20,000 nucleotides of DNA. Source: an uncultured virus (IMG/VR IMGVR_UViG_3300010234_000006) (lineage: Duplodnaviria; Heunggongvirae; Uroviricota; Caudoviricetes). The stretch lies in the IMG/VR virus record IMGVR_UViG_3300010234_000006; one strand, given 5' to 3'. Shown in pieces: positions 7,564 to 15,840 of the stretch. The notes beneath the pieces are model-generated. The model worked only from the letters and a program-made list of their open reading frames with translations. It did no database searches and was not told the origin of the DNA. The position numbers and the translations under genes were made by a program. Each line of letters opens with the position of its first letter. Within the stretch, counting starts at the first letter, position 1.

Positions 7564-8253
7564 ATGAAATACCTGCTCTTAGCACTTCTTGCGGTCGCCT
7601 ACGCCGAGGTCGTCGGATACATTCTGCACAGGTTCCTGCACCTCCCGCCGTCGTGGTTCGAGCGCCACCGCCTCTTCAGGCCTCTCAGATTCGTGACGCT
7701 CTCGCACAGCGCGCACCATGCGCTCTCGTATGGGCCGCGGATGAAGCAGAGGCCTCCCGGCGACTACAGCTTCGTTCGCCACCCCGAGGACGTAGGGCTC
7801 GTGAAGAAGCTCGGCTTTCTTCTGCCAGAGTTCTCCATCCCCGCCATCCCCTTCCTCGCCCAGTACGTTCTGAGCCTCTGGGCCGTGGGCCTCATCTGGG
7901 TAGACATCCTGTTCTGCATCGGGGTCACCGGGGCTTGGGTGGCGTTCGCCTTCCTCTATATACACGACACCTTCCACGTGAGGAGTCACTGGCTCACAGA
8001 GGTGCCCGTATTCGGTTACTGGTACAAGCACATGCGCAGAGCACATGACCATCACCACACCATCATCGAAGGCTCGGCCACGCCGTACAACTTCGGGATC
8101 CTCCTCCCCGTCGACAAGATCTTCGGAACCTGGAAGGAGAAGGAATCGGGCCTCGTCATCGACGAGCTCACGGGGGCTGTTGTATCTACTCCCTTTGCAC
8201 CTCAAGAGTACGACGCCTACTATGACGAGTATCGATTGGAAGAGCCCAAGTGA
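7564..8253 (+). CDS. Fatty acid hydroxylase / sterol desaturase superfamily membrane di-iron enzyme
   Basis: His boxes YILHRFLH, SHSAHH, YIHDTFH and RAHDHHH, plus the terminal YNFGI...DKIFGT. TM segments. AGGAG RBS. Confidence 0.9.
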   Translation: MKYLLLALLAVAYAEVVGYILHRFLHLPPSWFERHRLFRPLRFVTLSHSAHHALSYGPRMKQRPPGDYSFVRHPEDVGLVKKLGFLLPEFSIPAIPFLAQYVLSLWAVGLIWVDILFCIGVTGAWVAFAFLYIHDTFHVRSHWLTEVPVFGYWYKHMRRAHDHHHTIIEGSATPYNFGILLPVDKIFGTWKEKESGLVIDELTGAVVSTPFAPQEYDAYYDEYRLEEPK

Positions 8254-8262
8254 GAGAGAACG

Positions 8263-8772
8263 ATGATACGAGAAGACACACGCCTTACAGCGCTCGAGTC
8301 CGGAGACTCACCCTTTCGCTATGAAGGGGATGTCAGTGGGGACTTTGACTGGTTGAGGCTTCACGCACCAGGGAGTCCTCGAGGCAGCCTTGAGATTATC
8401 AGCAAGTCAACCGGAGCCGTTGTCGCGGTGCTCCCGGCAGTCCATGTCGCAAACGAAGGAGGTTCGAGCCTTGCCGTAGCAGGGGATTGCCGAATTCGAT
8501 ATGTCTCCGAAGAGGCCTTCCCTGAAGACTCGACCATCGCGCTTGAGTGGAGGCCGGCAGACCTCTCGTTCGAGAGATACGCTGACATGTCGGACATGGC
8601 CCCAACAGCCCTCGAGGACCTCGAGTACTTGCTCGACAAAGACGAGCTGTTCGAGCTCTACTCCGACGGCACGACGCACCCATTCATGTGTGTCTGCTGC
8701 AAGACGCGCCTGAAGGCTGGCGAGCCGTGCCACAACCACGAATGCCCGCTTTCCCCCAGCGACGACACCTGA
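8263..8772 (+). CDS. Hypothetical protein with C-terminal Cys/His cluster (putative Zn finger)
   Basis: Ends CVCCKTRLKAGEPCHNHECPLSP. Confidence 0.65.
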   Translation: MIREDTRLTALESGDSPFRYEGDVSGDFDWLRLHAPGSPRGSLEIISKSTGAVVAVLPAVHVANEGGSSLAVAGDCRIRYVSEEAFPEDSTIALEWRPADLSFERYADMSDMAPTALEDLEYLLDKDELFELYSDGTTHPFMCVCCKTRLKAGEPCHNHECPLSPSDDT

Positions 8773-8844
8773 GCTGGCAGCCCGTGGCTCTCCTCGTGTA
8801 GCATCTGCCTTGGCGGTGTTGGGTGTTCCGGGAGAGTGAAAGAG

Positions 8845-9882
8845 ATGGCTGTACGCCTGCGAGGAAACGGTAAATACACGGCGAAGATCCAGTCGATCGT
8901 CGCCATTGCGTTCGACGACGCCGCGGACAGGGACGGCTACTCCGACCTCGCCCCGATGGATGTCGGCATCATCGGAAGACAGCTCGACGATGATTCGTAC
9001 TGGCTTCTCCAGAGCGTCTCCCCCATCGCGTGGGTTCCGCTCATTGGGCTGGCCGCGGGCGGCGCACCCCTGAACGTCACCGGCTCAACCGTGCTCACGA
9101 AGGACAGCCCGACCCTCGTTGTGATGGACCTGGGCCTTGGGGACGTAGAGGTTCAGCTCCCAGAGCTCTCCACCGTTCCGGACGGACGTTCTTTCATCTT
9201 CCTCACCAGGAATATGACCCTTCCGAACGTGCCATCCATCGCAGCGAATGCTGTTGACCAGAGCTTCATTCCTCCATTCCCCTTGGACGCTGGAAGCAAG
9301 GTGAACCTCTCCGGCTTCTACCAGCAGACCATCACGTTCCTCAAGACGACCATCAGCGGGCAGCCCTTCTGGCGTTCCATCAATTTCAGCCAGATATACG
9401 TTCAGGGGCTTGGCTCAGATGACGGCATCACTCCAGATGTGCCGACAGCTTCCGATGGGCACATGCAACAAATCGGCAGCCAGGCTATCGTCATCTCTGC
9501 GCCGGGCGCGTGGACAGACTGGTCCACTGGTGCGGCCGTCTCCGTCACGGGAGATCCCTACGTCGAGGACGACGGTGCAGGCGGATTCAACATCAAGAGG
9601 ATCGGCCTCGGAAGGTACCGCGTGAAGGCTCGGGCCATATTCACAGGCAACGCAACGAGCGTTGCATCCATGAGGATCATTCTAGGGGTTGGAAAGAATC
9701 CCGTTCCCGGAACTGAGTCAGCCAGAACCATTGTGGTAGGAGAGAATCTCATTGAGTCAGAGGCATTCGTCTATCTCAACGGGGCGATAAGCTCTCCGGT
9801 TCGCGTTCAGTTCTCGACCGCCGACGGAACAGATCTCACGACGGAAGAGTGCAACCTCTGGATCGAGCGCTCCGGAAACTAG
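8845..9882 (+). CDS. Putative virion fibre/spike-like structural protein
   Basis: Start re-assigned to ATG 8845 (GGAGAG RBS). N-terminal DAADRD...RQLDDDSYWLL...PIAW module. Central 'VVMDLGLGDVEVQLPE...DGRSFIF' module resembling fibre-protein repeats. Beta-rich C-terminus (GRYRVKARAIF...EAFVYLN...VRVQFS) resembling C1q/BclA-C TNF-like heads. Confidence 0.55.
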   Translation: MAVRLRGNGKYTAKIQSIVAIAFDDAADRDGYSDLAPMDVGIIGRQLDDDSYWLLQSVSPIAWVPLIGLAAGGAPLNVTGSTVLTKDSPTLVVMDLGLGDVEVQLPELSTVPDGRSFIFLTRNMTLPNVPSIAANAVDQSFIPPFPLDAGSKVNLSGFYQQTITFLKTTISGQPFWRSINFSQIYVQGLGSDDGITPDVPTASDGHMQQIGSQAIVISAPGAWTDWSTGAAVSVTGDPYVEDDGAGGFNIKRIGLGRYRVKARAIFTGNATSVASMRIILGVGKNPVPGTESARTIVVGENLIESEAFVYLNGAISSPVRVQFSTADGTDLTTEECNLWIERSGN

Positions 9883-9980
9883 CCAGAGCAGCTCTCGATT
9901 GCGAAGAAGACTCCGAGCGCGACGACCGTTATGATGCATCCGAGAAGGAATCCCCAGATGTCTTCGTTTGGTTCATGCAT
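9879..9980 (-). CDS. Small single-TM peptide (33 aa)
   Basis: MHEPNEDIWGFLLGCIITVVALGVFFAIESCSG fills the gap. Its stop shares CTAG with the convergent gene. Confidence 0.45.
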   Translation of the reverse strand: MHEPNEDIWGFLLGCIITVVALGVFFAIESCSG

Positions 9981-10009
9981 GATTTGACACCTTGCCACAC
10001 GGGGGCCGA

Positions 10010-10420
10010 ATGGCACAACCCATAGAAAAGTGGGCCGTGAACTGGAGTCCAAAGATTGACGAGAGACTGCTCTCAATCGCTCGAACAATCCGACCCGTCA
10101 ACGCAGCCATGCGCTCGGGAAGCACAATCATCGGACCGTGGGTGATCAAGGTGTCCGTCAGCCCAAGCATTGAAGCGAATGTTGAGAGGTGGGTCTTCAG
10201 CTTCTCCCCCTACAAGAGGAAGAGCAGGTGGTCCCAGTCGGACGCCTGGATGCTCGGGATGATCGTCTCTCGCATTCCGGACGACCGTGCACATTCGGAG
10301 AGGATGATTCGAAACTTCCACAAGCACGGAAAGGCCAACTCTGGCTACAAGTGGTCTTTCGACGTTCCGCTCGGCGAGCTCTTGCGGTGGAGAGGGTTGC
10401 TCGAGTCCTTCGCGGCCTAG
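10010..10420 (+). CDS. Hypothetical Trp-rich basic protein
   Basis: ATG 10010 after GGGGG. Fills the gap. Stop shares CTAG with the convergent gene. Confidence 0.55.
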   Translation: MAQPIEKWAVNWSPKIDERLLSIARTIRPVNAAMRSGSTIIGPWVIKVSVSPSIEANVERWVFSFSPYKRKSRWSQSDAWMLGMIVSRIPDDRAHSERMIRNFHKHGKANSGYKWSFDVPLGELLRWRGLLESFAA

Positions 10421-11067
10421 ATGCCGATGGACCGCTCGACACGGTCTGCATTCATGAGCCACGAGTCAATGCGAGACACCGCAGCCGCAGCATCCGCTTG
10501 ACGGCCTTCAGACTCAAACTTCTTGAAGTTCATGGCAGCCGCCGTGGCCGAAGCCCGTCGCTTCGCAGCGCCCGATAGCTGTCCTGCCAGCTTCGCGAGA
10601 GCGCCATCCTCGGGAAGGACTGCTTCCAGGGCCTCTGCCTCTTCCTCGTAGGCGAGCCACATCTCTTTGATGTCCTTCAGAACAGATACTTCCGACGCGA
10701 GGAGCTCTTCTCTGCTCGCAGCTTGCGCCACCATGTTTCTGTAGAGGCGCATGAGCGGGTCGAGCTGTGTCGGAGTCTCCCTAAGGGCTATGAGGGCCTC
10801 GATGCGCTCTCTCTCGTCATCGAAAGCCCTTCGGACGTTCTGGACAAACTTCGACTCTGCGACTGAAATGGTGAGGTCAGGTCGATACCCGGACAGGTCG
10901 ACGTACGGCTTTGGCGGAGCATCTCCTGTGCTCCCCCTCTGCCCCGCCTCGGCTCCGGTGTCCTTCTTCTTCTCCTTGCCGCCACGCGCCGCGAGCGCCG
11001 CGCCGCCAAAAGCAAGAGCCAGTAGTCCAATGTGCCAGGCCTTGATGCCGTCCTTCTTCTGTGCCAT
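10417..11067 (-). CDS. N-terminally anchored coiled-coil hypothetical protein
   Basis: MAQKKDGIKAWHIGLLALAFGGAALAARGGKEKKK. GAGGTG RBS. Helical Ala/Glu-rich body. Confidence 0.75.
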   Translation of the reverse strand: MAQKKDGIKAWHIGLLALAFGGAALAARGGKEKKKDTGAEAGQRGSTGDAPPKPYVDLSGYRPDLTISVAESKFVQNVRRAFDDERERIEALIALRETPTQLDPLMRLYRNMVAQAASREELLASEVSVLKDIKEMWLAYEEEAEALEAVLPEDGALAKLAGQLSGAAKRRASATAAAMNFKKFESEGRQADAAAAVSRIDSWLMNADRVERSIGI

Positions 11068-11124
11068 CTCAGTTCACCTCGTGTAGAGTTCGAGGAGGTC
11101 ATTACCCTCTATGAGAGTCTTACC

Positions 11125-11568
11125 ATGAAAGGACTGGCGCTTACGACGTTTCTCCTCTTCGCATGCTCGGCCCCCGCTTTCACGCTGCCTGCGCCGCCCC
11201 TTCGTGTGGGCGACCAGCAGGTGCGCTATGAGCACCGCTACAACATGGGCGGGCACATGGCCGCAGAGTGGCGCGCCGGAACGCCCATCATCTACTTCCA
11301 CCCAGAGCGCTTCGAACCGCTCCCTGTCGAGCTGAAGTACTTCATTCACGCGCACGAGTACTGCCACCTGAAGGAAGATGTCGACGGCGAGATCGAGGCT
11401 GACTGCTGCGCGCTCGCCTGGATGAAGGGCGCCGAGCTCGATGGTGGGAAGACGCTCTCGACTGTTGTTCAGCACGTTTACGAGTGGCCCAAATCTGAAG
11501 TGCACCCGCCAGGGAGCTACCGGGCGCTCGCCATCATGGGCTGCTCGATAGCCCTCTCATTCAAATAG
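11125..11568 (+). CDS. Putative lipoprotein HExxH zinc metallopeptidase (M48/ImmA-like)
   Basis: Start re-assigned to ATG 11125: MKGLALTTFLLFAC (lipobox-like). FIHAHEYCH...EIEADCCA, and a downstream VHPPGSYR reminiscent of the M48 'THP...R' motif. Confidence 0.75.
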   Translation: MKGLALTTFLLFACSAPAFTLPAPPLRVGDQQVRYEHRYNMGGHMAAEWRAGTPIIYFHPERFEPLPVELKYFIHAHEYCHLKEDVDGEIEADCCALAWMKGAELDGGKTLSTVVQHVYEWPKSEVHPPGSYRALAIMGCSIALSFK

Positions 11569-11576
11569 GAGAACCC

Positions 11577-11936
11577 ATGTCCCTCGACCCACTGTTCCTT
11601 CGTAGCGGCCCGAACACGGCTCTGGCCACAGCGACCGTCACTGACGCCGCGGGCCGCACTGGCTCCATCGACTTCGCCTTTCGAAAGAAGGGCCTCATGA
11701 TGGGCACCGCGAACGTCTCGGGAGATCTCGCCCCGGCGCTCAACAAAATCATGAACGACAACACCATCGTCTACACGCCATACGGCGGAATCAAAAGAGG
11801 CGCGACGGACTACTGGCCGTTCATCGTCGCCCGGCTCGACCACGCCTTGAGGCAAAAAGAGGACGGCATCGTCGACGTGAAGATCGAAGGAGCCCCCGTG
11901 CACGAGTCAGAGGTCATCGGGGACCGCGTCTACTGA
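11577..11936 (+). CDS. Hypothetical protein (119 aa)
   Basis: AGGAGA RBS. Co-oriented directly after the peptidase. Confidence 0.7.
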   Translation: MSLDPLFLRSGPNTALATATVTDAAGRTGSIDFAFRKKGLMMGTANVSGDLAPALNKIMNDNTIVYTPYGGIKRGATDYWPFIVARLDHALRQKEDGIVDVKIEGAPVHESEVIGDRVY

Positions 11937-13138
11937 CGCGTGAGTACGTACCCAAACTTGCCGCGGAACACGGCGCTCGTGAATGCGAAGTGCTCCGGGT
12001 CTCTTCTCCACATGTCGAGCATGTCGACCGGGCCTGCTGCAAAGGCCTCTGCCCCCATGGCGAATATCTCAGTCCCACGGTCCCATCCCGAGTCGGATGG
12101 GAAGTCGGTGAGCTTGAGGCGCTTTCTCATCGGGTACTTCCTCCCGATGTAGGCCGTGAAGAATTCGTCTGGTGCGGCCACCTCTCTCGGGTTGTACCCG
12201 AGGTACCTCTTGATGCCGAGGTCTCTCAGCCTTCGGATCTTCTCATTGTTGCATCGGTAACGAAGGAACGCGTTCGAGGCTCGGCCTATGGCTGGGTTCA
12301 CGAACTCGAGCGCGTGGCTGAGCTCGTGCCACGTGGAGAGCTGGTACTCGACACTCTCCCTCATCATCGTTGGCCCGATGGCCACCGCCCTCTCGCTCCC
12401 GCTGAAATACGAGCGCCCGCCGCGGCCCGAGGCCTTGATGATGTGCAGGCGCCGGCTCGGCTTCTCTCCGAATGGGTTGAACGCGAATGCAGAGAAGAAT
12501 CTGTTCAGGCCGCGGCGGATGAGACGGACGCCGTTCTCTGTGAAGTCGAACTCCATCAGGTCCCACATTTTTGGGTCCGATGCTACGATGTCGGGGAGGA
12601 TGTTTCGTCCGAGGTCTATGCTGAGCTCGATGTAGTCCGTGTCGCGCTCCGGAGGGGAGATCTCATCCACATTCATGGAGGGGAGGATGCCGGGCCTATC
12701 GACGCCGGAGTCTGGCTCTCCGAAGAGCTGGCGGCGGAACTCCATCATCCCTTCGAGTTCGTAGTTCTCACCGAGCTCGGTGACGATCCCCTCAATCTCG
12801 TCCATCTCATCGTGCAGGATGGCTCGCACTTCAGGGACGTAGACGTTTGGGTTGCTTCGCTTGATGGGCTTGTAGTGTGCGATGCCGCCAGGCACGACGC
12901 TCACGCTCTCTGTCTTCAGAAGGTCCGGAAGCGCTGGCCAGCGCTTCTTGTCCTCGGGGAGCATGACGAAGGGCTCGGCCACCTCCTTGTCGAAGTCCTT
13001 TATCTCCAGCCAGCTGACTAGCTTGTGCGCCACGTAGACGACCGCCGCGGCATCGAGAGCCCTTCCGATCGTCTTGTTCTCGAACATGTCCGAGAAGGTC
13101 ATGAGGAAGATGCTCTTCTTCTTTTTCTTCTTCGCCAT
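11930..13138 (-). CDS. Zincin-like HExxH metallopeptidase-domain protein with a poly-Lys N-terminus
   Basis: STWHELSHALE plus downstream AYIGRKY...TEIFAMGAEAF (candidate third-ligand Glu), a pattern recalling phage polyvalent/MuF-associated peptidases. Starts 3 nt after the amidase stop. Confidence 0.7.
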   Translation of the reverse strand: MAKKKKKKSIFLMTFSDMFENKTIGRALDAAAVVYVAHKLVSWLEIKDFDKEVAEPFVMLPEDKKRWPALPDLLKTESVSVVPGGIAHYKPIKRSNPNVYVPEVRAILHDEMDEIEGIVTELGENYELEGMMEFRRQLFGEPDSGVDRPGILPSMNVDEISPPERDTDYIELSIDLGRNILPDIVASDPKMWDLMEFDFTENGVRLIRRGLNRFFSAFAFNPFGEKPSRRLHIIKASGRGGRSYFSGSERAVAIGPTMMRESVEYQLSTWHELSHALEFVNPAIGRASNAFLRYRCNNEKIRRLRDLGIKRYLGYNPREVAAPDEFFTAYIGRKYPMRKRLKLTDFPSDSGWDRGTEIFAMGAEAFAAGPVDMLDMWRRDPEHFAFTSAVFRGKFGYVLTRQ

Positions 13139-13141
13139 CCT

Positions 13142-14005
13142 CTACCCTCGCTTCTTCTTTCGCCTCTTGAGCCACCATGCGAGTGCGCCCGCTCCGAGCA
13201 GGAGAGCAATGGCTGCGCCTCCGCCGCCACCTTCACCCGAGGGCTGCGTCGATGGACCTTCCGGAGTCTCTCCACCCATGTCCTCAAAGAGCGGGTCGAA
13301 GATGTCCTTCCACCAGGGGAGCGGGTCGTACTTCTCTTCGCTCACATGGAAGTGACCGAGGATGCCGTTGAAGTTTGCGAGCTCCTCCTTCGACATCTTC
13401 GAATAGCGGTAGGTGCCGTCGGCGTTCCGAGGGACCTCGAGCGGAATGCCGAAGCCTTCATTCATGTCGCGAAGGAAGTCGCGAAGAGTCTGGGCGGTTT
13501 GCGGGTCGAGCGTGAGAACGTTCGGCGCGTAGTGCTTGCTGTCCTTGTCGCTCACCACCTCCTGGTAGTAGGGGCGAGGGTCGAGCTGATAGATGGGGTT
13601 CGGGATCTTCTTGACGATCTTGCCGCGCTCGGTGTGCTTGCTTGCTCGCCACCCCTCTTGGTTGATGTCTACGCCGATGGAGTCACGGTTCGCACCCCGG
13701 GCGTGTGAGCCCATGCGCTTGAAGTCCCCATGCTGAACGATGTTGGCCTTGTCGATGGAGATGTGGGAAGCGACTGGCGTGTTGCCATCATCCTCACGCA
13801 TCTTCGTGAGACGCCAGATGAGGTCCTTCGGGTTGAGTCCACCCCAGTGGAGAACGACCTGGCGGATGTTGCGCTTGGAGTGGTCGTCCCAGTACTTCTT
13901 CGCGATCTCGTAGGAGTCATCATCCTTGAAGGTGATGACCTTCGAGCGCTTTCCGTTCTCCGGGACGGAGACCCTCTTGTCTTCGTTGATGTAGGCCCGT
14001 GCCAT
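13142..14005 (-). CDS. N-acetylmuramoyl-L-alanine amidase (Amidase_2/PGRP fold) with C-terminal membrane anchor
   Basis: VVLHWGG, ASHISID, SHARGANRDSIGVDI, ILGHFHV, KYDP (Zn ligands H/H/D). Start re-assigned to ATG 14005 (GAGGG RBS). Tail GEGGGGGAAIALLLGAGALAWWLKRRKKKRG. Confidence 0.85.
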   Translation of the reverse strand: MARAYINEDKRVSVPENGKRSKVITFKDDDSYEIAKKYWDDHSKRNIRQVVLHWGGLNPKDLIWRLTKMREDDGNTPVASHISIDKANIVQHGDFKRMGSHARGANRDSIGVDINQEGWRASKHTERGKIVKKIPNPIYQLDPRPYYQEVVSDKDSKHYAPNVLTLDPQTAQTLRDFLRDMNEGFGIPLEVPRNADGTYRYSKMSKEELANFNGILGHFHVSEEKYDPLPWWKDIFDPLFEDMGGETPEGPSTQPSGEGGGGGAAIALLLGAGALAWWLKRRKKKRG

Positions 14006-14229
14006 GGCGTTCCCTCTGTCGTGGGGCGTCGTTGTGATCGATTCGCAGTATATCCCGCAGGCCCTGAGGAATGCCCGAATCTTTGTAGATTCACTCTCCA
14101 GTGAGGTATAGAGAGATACCCGGGTCCTGTCACCATCCCGCCGAACGCCTCGCCAAATATCCAGCCCAGAGCCCCTTCCCAACTCCCACCATTCAGCCCG
14201 GAAGACCTTCACCAGAAAGAGAGGGGACG

Positions 14230-15840
14230 ATGAGCATCGACCTTGATAAAATCAGCGGATTTCAGATTGACCTCGAGAACGTGCTCGAGATCCCGAGCGG
14301 CATCGAGAAGGTGCAGAAGTTCTCAAAGAAGGTCGACAGCATCAGCGAACGCATTCACGGAAAGGCCCTCGAGAACCCAGACGATGCTCTCGACAGCGTG
14401 AAGTCCTTCCTGAGTGAGCAAGGATTCGACTGGGACGGAATCGCCCAGAAGAATGAAACGGTGGGAGCTGTGCAGCAGCTCGTATCAGGCGAAGGCCTCT
14501 CTGCAGCCTCTCTCGAGGGAGGGGTGAAGAGCGCGGCGAAGAAGAGCTCAAAGCTTCTCTTCAAGACCTTCAAGACGATGATCGAAGGCAAGGCCACAAA
14601 GTCTGTTGGCGGACAAATCGTCCCCATGAAGTTCTCGGAGTTCATCGAGGAGATGCAGAGCGAGTTCCGCTCGGCCGTCGCAGAGATCCCAATCCTCGGA
14701 GAGATATTCAGCACGGCATGGGATGCTGCTGCATGGATCGTTGAGAGCTATCGCCCGCCCCCCGGAACCGTGGTCATCGAGGGACAGAAGGGAAACGTCA
14801 AGGACTTCTGCCAAAAGTGGACAGGGTTCCAGGTCTTGGGCGAGACGGACTTCTACGACTACCCCAAGATGCGGAAGACTATCTTCACTGACCCGGAGGG
14901 TGTCCACTCCCAGCGTGACCTCTACCGGTTCAGGGCTCCGTGGGTGTGTGGCGTTGATGGCCGTCGGCAAATGGACCGATGGCTCATGCTCACCGATGGC
15001 GATGCCCTCGCACGGAACTCTGAGAGAAAGGAGAAGACGGCTCCCGCTTACCAGTACGCCCTGAGCAAGAGGCTCATCGGAGACGATGCATTCTGGGGCG
15101 AGACGGAGGGGATGCGCTTCATCTCCGAGCGATGGCTCTCGAACGACCAGGACCTTTTCAACACCGGCCTCACCGGAGCTGACATCCCACTCTGGATGCC
15201 GCTCTGGTTCCCTGGCGTTGCAGAGACCCTCGTCGCGGGTGCTCGTCTCAACATGCTGCTTCGAGACGACTGGGAGGCCATCGCCACCATGAATCCGATG
15301 ACAGGCATTGCGCCCATCGGGACGAGCATCAAATCCCTCTCAAAGCCCGACAAACAAGCCTACATCTACAACTCGATCGTCATCGCCGTGGCCCGCTTCG
15401 CGCTCACCCACAAGTGGCACAAGCTCGGACGAGCCCTGACCGAGATCCAAAGAGTCGCCACAGAGGAGGGGGTCAAGACGGACTACGGTCTCGACTTCGC
15501 CACAGGACTCGGCATGGCGTTCAAGTCCACGAACAGCCTGCCCGGGGATTTGACGGTCTACTATGATGCCAGCATTGACAAAGGAAGAACTGACATCAAT
15601 GCCTCAGGGGCCAGAGAGCATCCCACGGACCGGTACCGCATCGCATGGGACATCGAGAAGCTCGAGGCCGCCCTCTCGCGCCTTGCGTACTCGGGCTCCT
15701 ACCGAGAGGTGCGCTCCGCATTCGAGAGCTACAGGCAGCGAGGCAAGGGCGGTGGCGGTGGCGTGCTCCTGGCTCTTGCTGCCGCGGCCGCAGCTGGGCT
15801 CTGGTGGAAGAACAGAAAGAAGAAGGAGAAGAAGCGATGA
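14230..15840 (+). CDS. Large C-terminally anchored hypothetical protein (536 aa)
   Basis: Start re-assigned to ATG 14230 (GAGGGG RBS). Tail GKGGGGGVLLALAAAAAAGLWWKNRKKKEKKR. Confidence 0.8.
   Translation: MSIDLDKISGFQIDLENVLEIPSGIEKVQKFSKKVDSISERIHGKALENPDDALDSVKSFLSEQGFDWDGIAQKNETVGAVQQLVSGEGLSAASLEGGVKSAAKKSSKLLFKTFKTMIEGKATKSVGGQIVPMKFSEFIEEMQSEFRSAVAEIPILGEIFSTAWDAAAWIVESYRPPPGTVVIEGQKGNVKDFCQKWTGFQVLGETDFYDYPKMRKTIFTDPEGVHSQRDLYRFRAPWVCGVDGRRQMDRWLMLTDGDALARNSERKEKTAPAYQYALSKRLIGDDAFWGETEGMRFISERWLSNDQDLFNTGLTGADIPLWMPLWFPGVAETLVAGARLNMLLRDDWEAIATMNPMTGIAPIGTSIKSLSKPDKQAYIYNSIVIAVARFALTHKWHKLGRALTEIQRVATEEGVKTDYGLDFATGLGMAFKSTNSLPGDLTVYYDASIDKGRTDINASGAREHPTDRYRIAWDIEKLEAALSRLAYSGSYREVRSAFESYRQRGKGGGGGVLLALAAAAAAGLWWKNRKKKEKKR

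Noticed and set aside
9984..10012. Perfect TTGACA as a sigma70 -35 box
   Set aside because: No credible -10 hexamer at 16-18 nt spacing.
11990..13021. 343-aa plus-strand ORF, and similar long shadow ORFs at 7579-8205, 13025-13708, 17014-17955 and 17986-18827
   Set aside because: They are antisense to well-supported genes and have no motifs, as expected of shadow frames in GC-rich DNA.
13142..13240. C-terminal tails as LPXTG or PEP-CTERM signals
   Set aside because: No LPxTG or PEP motif precedes the TM helix, and there are no N-terminal signal peptides.
14006..14229. N-terminal extensions of the amidase (to 14212) and the large protein (from 14101) in the ORF track
   Set aside because: They would overlap head-to-head. 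Better RBS-supported ATGs at 14005 and 14230 leave a normal divergent promoter gap.
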